Below, in pieces: positions 60,901-64,000 of a stretch of DNA of 64,000 bases. A program made the translations under genes and the position numbers. The DNA is from the human T2T-CHM13v2.0 reference genome, Homo sapiens. How positions within the stretch are numbered: the stretch's first letter is position 1; every line of letters begins with the position of its first letter. The notes beneath the pieces were generated by a model. It made no database searches. It was given only the letters and a program-made list of their open reading frames with translations, and was not told the origin of the DNA. The stretch lies in the NCBI RefSeq assembly GCF_009914755.1, contig NC_060931.1, one strand, 5' to 3'.

Positions 60901-63900
60901 TATCTTCAGATAAAACTAGAAAGAAGCTTTCTGAAAAAGTGCTTTGTGATGTGTCCATTCTCTCATAGATTTAAACCTTTCCTTTGATTCAGCAGTTTGG
61001 AAACACTGTTTTTCTCCATTCTGCAACTGGACATTTGGGAGCTTGTTGAGGCCAATGGTGTAAAAGCAAATATCCCGGGATAAAAACGAGAAGGATGTTA
61101 TCTGAGAAACCGATTCATAATGTGTGCATTCATCTCACAGAGTTAAATATTTCTTTTCATTCAGCAGTTTGGAAACACTGTTTTCCTAGAATCTTCAAAG
61201 AGATATTTGGTAGCACATGGAGGTCTATACTGAAAAACGAAATGTCTTCAAATAAAAACTAGAAAGAAGCTGAATGAGAAATTTGTTTGGGAGGTGTGCA
61301 TTCAACTCAGAGAGATCAACCTTTCTTTGGATTCAGCAGTTTGGTAACACTGTTTTTGTCCATTATGTGAATGGACATCTGGGAGCTCATTGAGGCCATT
61401 GGTGTAAAACAGAATATCCCAAGTTGAAAACTAGAAGGAAGTTATCTGAGAAACCGATTCATGATGTGTGCATTCATCTCAGAGTGAAATCTTTTTTTTC
61501 ATTCAGCTGTTTAGAAACACTGTTATCTTAGAATCTGCAGAGTGATATTTGGAAGAGTATGGAGCCCAATGATTAAAAAGGAAATATCTCCAGATAAAAA
61601 CTAGAAAGAAGCTTAATGAGAAACAGTTTTGGGATGTGTGCCTTCATCTCAGAGAGTTAAATCTTTTCATTCTGCAGTTTGGAGCTACTGATTTCTTAGA
61701 ATCTGTGAAGAGATATTTGGTAACACATTGAGGCCCATGGCAAAAAAGGAAATATCTTCAGATAGAAAGTAGAAATAAGCTTAATGAGAAACTGGTTTCA
61801 GTTGTGTGCATTCATCTCACAGAGTTAAATCTTTATTTGGTTTCAGCAGTGTGATAACACTGTTTATGTCCATTCTGTGAATGGACGTTTTGGAGCTCTT
61901 TTAGGCCAATGGCAAAAAAGTGAATATCCCGGGATTAAAACTAGAAGGGAGCTATCTGATAAACTGCTTTGTGAGGTGTGCATTCATCTAGCAGAGTTAA
62001 ACCTTTCCTTTCAGTCAGCACTTTGGAAACACTGTTTTTGTAGAAACTGAGAAAGGATATTTGGCAGCACATTGAGGCCCAAGGTGAGAAAAGAAATATC
62101 TTCAGATAAAAAGTAGCAAGAAGCTTTCTGAGAAATGGCTTTGTGATGTGCTCATTCCTCTAACAGAGTTAAGCATTTCTTTGGATTCAACAGTTTGATA
62201 ACACAGTTTTTGTTCATTCTTTGAAAGGAAGTTTGGTAGCTCTTTGTGGCCAATGGCAAAAAAGGGAATATCCCAGGATTAAAACTAGAAGGAAGCTATC
62301 AGAGAAACCGTTTTGTGGTGTTTGCATTCATCTAGTAGAGTTAAAACTTTCTTTTCATTCAGCAGTTTGGAAACACTGTTTTTGTAGAAACTGCTAAAGG
62401 ATATTTGGCAGTGCATTATGCTTATGCTGAAAAAGGAAATATCTTCTTCTAAAAAATAGGAAAAACCTTTCTGAAAAACTACTCTGTGATGTGTTCATTC
62501 ATCTCACAGATTTAAACCTTTCTTTCGATTCAGCTGTTTGGAAACACTGTTTTTGTCCATTCTGCGAATGGACGTTTGGGAGCTCATTGAGGCCAGTGGT
62601 GATAAAATGAATATCCCAGGATAAAAACTGGAAGGAATTTATCAGAGAAAGCAATTTGTGATGTGGGAATTCATCTCACAGAGTTAAACCTTTCTTTTCA
62701 TTCAGCAGTTTGGAAACACTGATATCTTAGAATCTGCAAAGAGATATTTGGTAGCACCTTGAGGTCTACGGAGAAAAAGGTAATAACTTCAGATAAAAAC
62801 TAGAAGGAAGCATCGATGAGAAACTGTTTTGGTATGTGTGCATTCATCACACAGAGTTAAACCTTTCTTTGGATTCAGCAGTTTCAAAACACTGTTTTTA
62901 TCAATTCTGCGAATGGACATTTGGGACCTCATTGAGGCCAATGGTGAAAAAGTGAATATCCCAGGATAAAAACTACAAGAAGTTATGTGAGAAACGGATT
63001 TATGATGTGTGCATTCATCTCACAGAGACAAAACTGTTTTTTTCTTTCAGCAGTTTGGAAACACTCTTATCTTAGAGTCTGCAGAGAGATATTTGGAAGA
63101 GTATGGAGGCCTATGGTGAAAAAGGAAATATCTTCAGATAAAAACGAGAAAGAAGCTTTCTGAGAAACTGCTTTGTGATGTCTTCATTCACCTCACAGAG
63201 TTAAGTGTTTCTTTGGATTCAGAAGTTTGGAAACACTGTTTGTGTCCATTTTGCGAATGGATACTTGGTAGCTCATTGAGGCCAATGATGAAAGAGTGAA
63301 TATCCCTGGATAAAAACTAGAAGGAAGTTATCAGAGAAACCGATTTGTGATGTTTGCATTAATCTCACAGAGTTAAACCTTTCTTTTCATTCAGCAGTTT
63401 GGAAACACTGTTTTCTTAGAATCTGCGAAGAAATATTTGGTAGTGCATTGAGGCTTATGGTGACTAAGAAATATGTTCAGATAAAAACTACAAAGAATCT
63501 TTCTGAGAAACTTCTTTGTGATGTATTCTTTCATCTTACAGGCTTAAACCTTTGTCTGAAGAGAGTTAAAACTTTCTTTGGATTCAGTATTTTGGAAACA
63601 CTGTTTTTCTCCACTCTGTGTATGGACATTTGGGAGCTCATTGAGGCCAATGGCAAAAAAAAAGAATATACCAGGATAAAAACTGGAAAGAAGGTATCAG
63701 AGAAACCATTTTGTGATGTGTGCATTCATCTCACAGTGTTAAATATTTCTTTTCATTCAGGAGTTTGGAAACACTAGTTTCTGAGAATCTGCAAAGAGAT
63801 ATTTGGAAGAGTAATGAGGCCAATGGTGAAAAAGGAAATATCTTCAATTAAAAACTGGAAAGAAGTTTAATGAGAAACTGGTTTGGGATGTGTGTATTCA

Positions 63901-64000
63901 TCTCAGAGAGTTAAACTTTTCCTTGGAATGAGCAGTTTGATAACACAGTTTTTGTCCATTCTGTGAATGGACCTTGGGAGCTCATTGACACCAAGGGCAA
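57905..64000 (+). repeat. Alpha satellite, dimeric, forward orientation
   Basis: Alternating dimer continues to the window end. Confidence 0.96.

Overview
This window is primate (hominoid-like, probably human) pericentromeric DNA with no host genes. About 86% is old, diverged alpha satellite (~171-bp A-type monomers with pJ-alpha boxes; no CENP-B box seen), interrupted by four dead LINE-1 insertions: a full-length L1PA4-like copy (2751-8903), a 5'-inverted L1PA4-like copy (31551-33258), a 3' stub (56115-56241) and a 5'-truncated L1PA3-like copy (56915-57904). Bases 1-2745 are a mostly monomeric satellite type; from 8911 on the satellite is a ~342-bp dimer. Satellite orientation flips five times: across the full-length L1 and at ~30124, ~37320, ~42207 and ~50230. 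I find no new protein-coding system; the short ORFs are satellite or L1 artefacts. The interest is architectural: a 7.2-kb inversion with short breakpoint duplications, an old inverted duplication that copied one inversion junction, a perfect 175-bp inverted identity consistent with recent gene conversion, an L1 without a target-site duplication joining two satellite domains, decayed higher-order structure and dyad-rich monomers. All comparisons were made by eye.
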